Positions 61,276 to 64,000 of a DNA stretch of 64,000 nucleotides are shown here, piece after piece. Each line of letters begins with the position of its first letter. The stretch's first letter is position 1. Location: assembly GCA_001797315.1 (NCBI GenBank), contig MGPC01000037.1, positions 30,593 to 94,592 on the forward strand. The letters run 5' to 3'. Under the pieces are notes generated by a model. It was not told the DNA's origin and made no database searches. It was given only the letters and a program-made list of their open reading frames with translations. This stretch comes from Curvibacter sp. GWA2_64_110 (GTDB taxonomy: Bacteria > Pseudomonadota > Gammaproteobacteria > Burkholderiales > Burkholderiaceae_C). The translations under genes and the position numbers were made by a program.

Positions 61276-62447
61276 TGTCCGCCACCCGCCGGCAGCTGGC
61301 GCCGTTTGCGGCGTTGTCGGCCAGCTACTTCGCCCACATCGGCTTCTTCAACCCCTACCTGCCGCTATGGCTCAAGGAACTGGGGCTGGGGCTGGTGGCC
61401 ATCAGCCTGCTGACGGCCGTGCAGTCGGCCACGCGCCTGGTGGCGCCCTATGCCTGGGGCTGGTTGAGCGACCACACCGGCGAGCGCGTCAAGCTGCTGC
61501 GCTACGGCGCCAGCGCGGCGCTGCTGATCTCCTGCGGCCTGTGGCTGCCTGGCGGCTTCTGGTGGCTGGCGGGCGTGCTGGGGCTGATGTTCCTGCACAC
61601 CAGCGCCATGATGCCCATGAGCGAGGCGGCGATGGCGCACCTGGTCAGCAGTGGTGGTGCGTTTGACGCCAGGCGCTACGGCCGCGTGCGCCTGTGGGGC
61701 TCGCTCGGGTTCCTGATCACGGCGTTCGCCGCCGGGGCCTGGTTCGAGCGCTATGGCATGGGCCATTTCCCGGCCTGGACGGTGCTGTCGCTGCTGGCCG
61801 TGGTGGCCAGCGTCTGGTGGCTGCCCGATCTGAAGGAGGCGGTGCCGGCGCACGAAAAGAAGCAGCCGATCGGGCCGTTGCTGCGCAAGCCGCCGGTGCG
61901 CTGGTTCTTCATTGCGGTGTTCTTCCATGTGCTGTCGCACATGGGCATCTACATCTTCTTCTCGCTGTACCTCGACGCCTTGGGCTACAGCAAGACCATG
62001 ATCGGTCTGCTGTGGGCGGTGTCGGTGCTCGTCGAGATTGCCTGGTTCTTCACCCAGAGCCGCTGGCTGCCGGCTTTCAGCCTGACCGCTTGGCTGGTGC
62101 TGTGCGCACTGGCCGCCGTGCTGCGCATGGGATTGACGGCGGCCTGGGCCGGGCTCTGGCCGGTCCTGCTGCTGGCCCAGGCCTTGCACGGACTGACTTT
62201 TGCCGCCCACCACGCAGTCTGCATTGCGCTGCTGTCGCACCATTTCCCGGGCCTGCAGCGCGGGCGCGGCCAAGCCCTGTACGCCGTGCTCGGCTACGGT
62301 CTGCCCGGCGTGCTCGCCGGTCTGGGGGGCGGGGTGCTCAGTGCGCGCTTCGGCCTGGCCAGCGTGTTCTGGGTCGCCCTGCTGAGCAGCGTGCTGGCCA
62401 CCCTGAGCGCCTGGCAGGGCTGGCGGTTGCGCCACCCGCGGCCCTGA
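61275..62447 (+). CDS. MFS transporter (MFS_1-like / HcaT-like)
   Basis: 390 aa with 12 TM segments. GTG start overlaps the upstream stop TAG by 1 nt. Confidence 0.8.
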   Translation: MSATRRQLAPFAALSASYFAHIGFFNPYLPLWLKELGLGLVAISLLTAVQSATRLVAPYAWGWLSDHTGERVKLLRYGASAALLISCGLWLPGGFWWLAGVLGLMFLHTSAMMPMSEAAMAHLVSSGGAFDARRYGRVRLWGSLGFLITAFAAGAWFERYGMGHFPAWTVLSLLAVVASVWWLPDLKEAVPAHEKKQPIGPLLRKPPVRWFFIAVFFHVLSHMGIYIFFSLYLDALGYSKTMIGLLWAVSVLVEIAWFFTQSRWLPAFSLTAWLVLCALAAVLRMGLTAAWAGLWPVLLLAQALHGLTFAAHHAVCIALLSHHFPGLQRGRGQALYAVLGYGLPGVLAGLGGGVLSARFGLASVFWVALLSSVLATLSAWQGWRLRHPRP

Positions 62448-62450
62448 AGC

Positions 62451-63062
62451 TCAGCGCGCCGGTACGCTCCAGGCCTGCAGCAGGCCCGTGGCTTCGTCCG
62501 GTTCGCGCGGTTCCAGGGCGCGGGTTGGCGTGCCGATGCAGACGAAGCCCACCAGCTGTTCACCGGGCGCGCAGAAGGCCTCGACCAGCGCCGGGTGCTG
62601 GCATTTGCGGCCGCTCAGGATCTTGGCGCCATAGCCCATGAAGTGCAGTGCGTTCATGAAGTTGCTCAAGGCGCCGCCGACGCAGATCCATTGTTCGTGC
62701 GGCGGCACCTTGGCCACGCCGGTGTCGATGCGCGCCATCCATGCCACCAGCACCGGCCCGTTGAAGGCGCGCTCGCGTTCGATCGCCACGTCTTCCTCGC
62801 TTTTGCCGGAGTCGCGGGCGAACTGCTCGAACAGGTCGGCCAGCGCCGGACGTTGCGCTTCGCTGACCGTCACCATGCGCCAGGGGCGCATGCGGCCGTG
62901 GTTGGGCGCGCGCAGCGCGGCCTGAACGGCCAGCGCCAATTGATCGTCGTCGGGGCCGGGCGCCACCATCCAGCGCGGCCCGATCGAATGCCGGCTCAGC
63001 AGGGCTGTCAGCGGCATGCTGTCGGCCGGGATGGCGCCAGTGTCAGGGGTGTGGGTCTGCAT
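62451..63062 (-). CDS. Nitroreductase family protein
   Basis: 203 aa (SIGPRWM, LRAPNHGRMRPW, GAKILSG). Confidence 0.8.
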   Translation of the reverse strand: MQTHTPDTGAIPADSMPLTALLSRHSIGPRWMVAPGPDDDQLALAVQAALRAPNHGRMRPWRMVTVSEAQRPALADLFEQFARDSGKSEEDVAIERERAFNGPVLVAWMARIDTGVAKVPPHEQWICVGGALSNFMNALHFMGYGAKILSGRKCQHPALVEAFCAPGEQLVGFVCIGTPTRALEPREPDEATGLLQAWSVPAR

Positions 63063-63071
63063 CGGCCGTCT

Positions 63072-64000
63072 TCAGCGCGTCAGCCGCTCGTGCACCCAGT
63101 GCGCGGCGGCCAGCAGCTTGTGGTCTTCGCCAAAGCGGCCCACCAGTTGCAGGCCCATCGGCAGGTCCAGGGCGCCGGTGGCAAAGGGCAGGTGCACGCT
63201 GGGCAGGCCCAGCAACGACCAGCTGCGGCAGAACAGCGGGTCGCCGGTGGCTTCCAGCCCTTGCGGCGCCTCGCCCAGGGTGCTGGGTGTGAGCAGCACG
63301 TCGTGCCGCTCGAACAGCGAGTCGATGCGCAGCCGCCAGTCGGCGGTGCGCTGCAGGTTGGCGTCATGGGTGGCGCCGTCGATCGCCATGCCGGCATCGA
63401 GCAGGGCCACCAGCTGCGGGCTCAAAGCCTCGCGGTGGCGCAGCCGCTCGTGGCTGAGCGAGCGCGCCATCTCGAAAGTCATCACGTCCTTCTGCAGCTG
63501 GATCAGGTCGCCGAAGTTCTGCGGCATGGCCACGTCCTGGCAGGCGTCGGCGTGGGCGGCCAGTGCCTGGGTGGCCAGCGACCAGACGTTCTGCGTGTCG
63601 ACATCGGCCTGCGGCCAGTCCGGCGTCTGGAACAGGCCGATGCGCGGCGCGCCGTGCTCGCCCCATTCGAACAGGCGCCGGTCGCCGGTGAGCACGGCGC
63701 CCAGCAGGGCCACGTCGCGCACGCTGCGGCCGAAGCCGCCGATCACGTCCAGCGTGGGCGACAGGCTTTTCACGCCGGCCCCGACCACGCGGCCGTGGCT
63801 GGGCTTGTAGCCCACCACGCCGCAGTAGGCCGCCGGCCGGATGATGGAGCCGGCGGTCTGGGTGCCCAGCGCCAGCGGCACCATGTGGTCGGCCACCGCC
63901 GCGGCCGAGCCGCTGGACGAGCCGCCCGGCGTGTGCCGCGGGTTGTGCCGCGGGTTGTGCGGGTTGGCCGTGGGGCCGGGCTGGAAGTAGGCGAATTCGG
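63072..64000 (-). CDS. Amidase (amidase-signature family); N-terminus lies beyond the window edge
   Basis: The frame stays open upstream of 63896 to the window end and encodes ...[41 protein letters not shown] (AS signature). Confidence 0.88.
   Translation of the reverse strand, partial: [308 protein letters not shown]
63933..63965 (-). repeat. 12-bp in-frame tandem repeat (2.75 units) inside the amidase gene
   Basis: GTGCCGCGGGTT GTGCCGCGGGTT GTGCGGGTT on the plus strand encodes [11 protein letters not shown] immediately before the GGSS signature. Confidence 0.85.

Overview
High-GC segment (about two-thirds G+C by eye, strong GC3 bias). Gene content, synteny and the tmRNA tag (ANDERFALAA) fit a betaproteobacterium of the Burkholderiales, Comamonadaceae-like. 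I call 63 protein genes and one tmRNA (ssrA). I see no tRNA, rRNA, CRISPR, transposase, integrase, phage or recognisable defence genes. Left to right: (1) the 3' part of a tungsten aldehyde oxidoreductase locus (AOR, FAD subunit, MoaD-like carrier, small GG-ended ORF); (2) crcB plus TRAP dctPQM, a winged-helix regulator and a fused HyuA/HyuB 5-oxoprolinase; (3) DinB-like, LLM oxidoreductase and ComEA-like genes; (4) a ~14-kb co-directional minus-strand housekeeping block, gyrA-serC-pheA-tyrA-aroA::cmk-rpsA-ihfB-lapA-lapB-hldA-hldD; (5) ompA-like, ubiG, gph; (6) ssrA; (7) an MHYT/PAS histidine kinase with an HD-GYP response regulator; (8) an uncharacterised envelope-type operon (beta-propeller, polysaccharide deacetylase, fatty-acid hydroxylase, EI24, CinA-like); (9) glnA-DUF4124-ntrB-ntrC with an NtrC site and sigma-54 promoter, then an orphan PAS kinase; (10) xthA; (11) thyA-DMT-folA-DUF4337; (12) metY, aroC and assorted small-molecule enzymes; (13) a 5'-truncated amidase at the right edge. 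This is core genome, not an accessory island, and I do not find a discrete novel multi-gene system. The most unusual signals are non-genic or at the gene/repeat interface. Repeat family R1 (~110-120 bp, GC-rich, structured) has three operon-internal copies. Repeat family R2 (~50 bp, GCTATC...TAGC core) is translated into two C-termini and one signal peptide. A 132-bp in-frame insertion flanked by direct repeats sits in the hydroxylase gene, and its ends resemble R1. A 99-bp nested palindrome lies inside the AOR locus. All family assignments rest on motif recognition by eye; no database search was possible. Many long ORFs in the six-frame track are antisense shadows typical of high-GC DNA and are not called.
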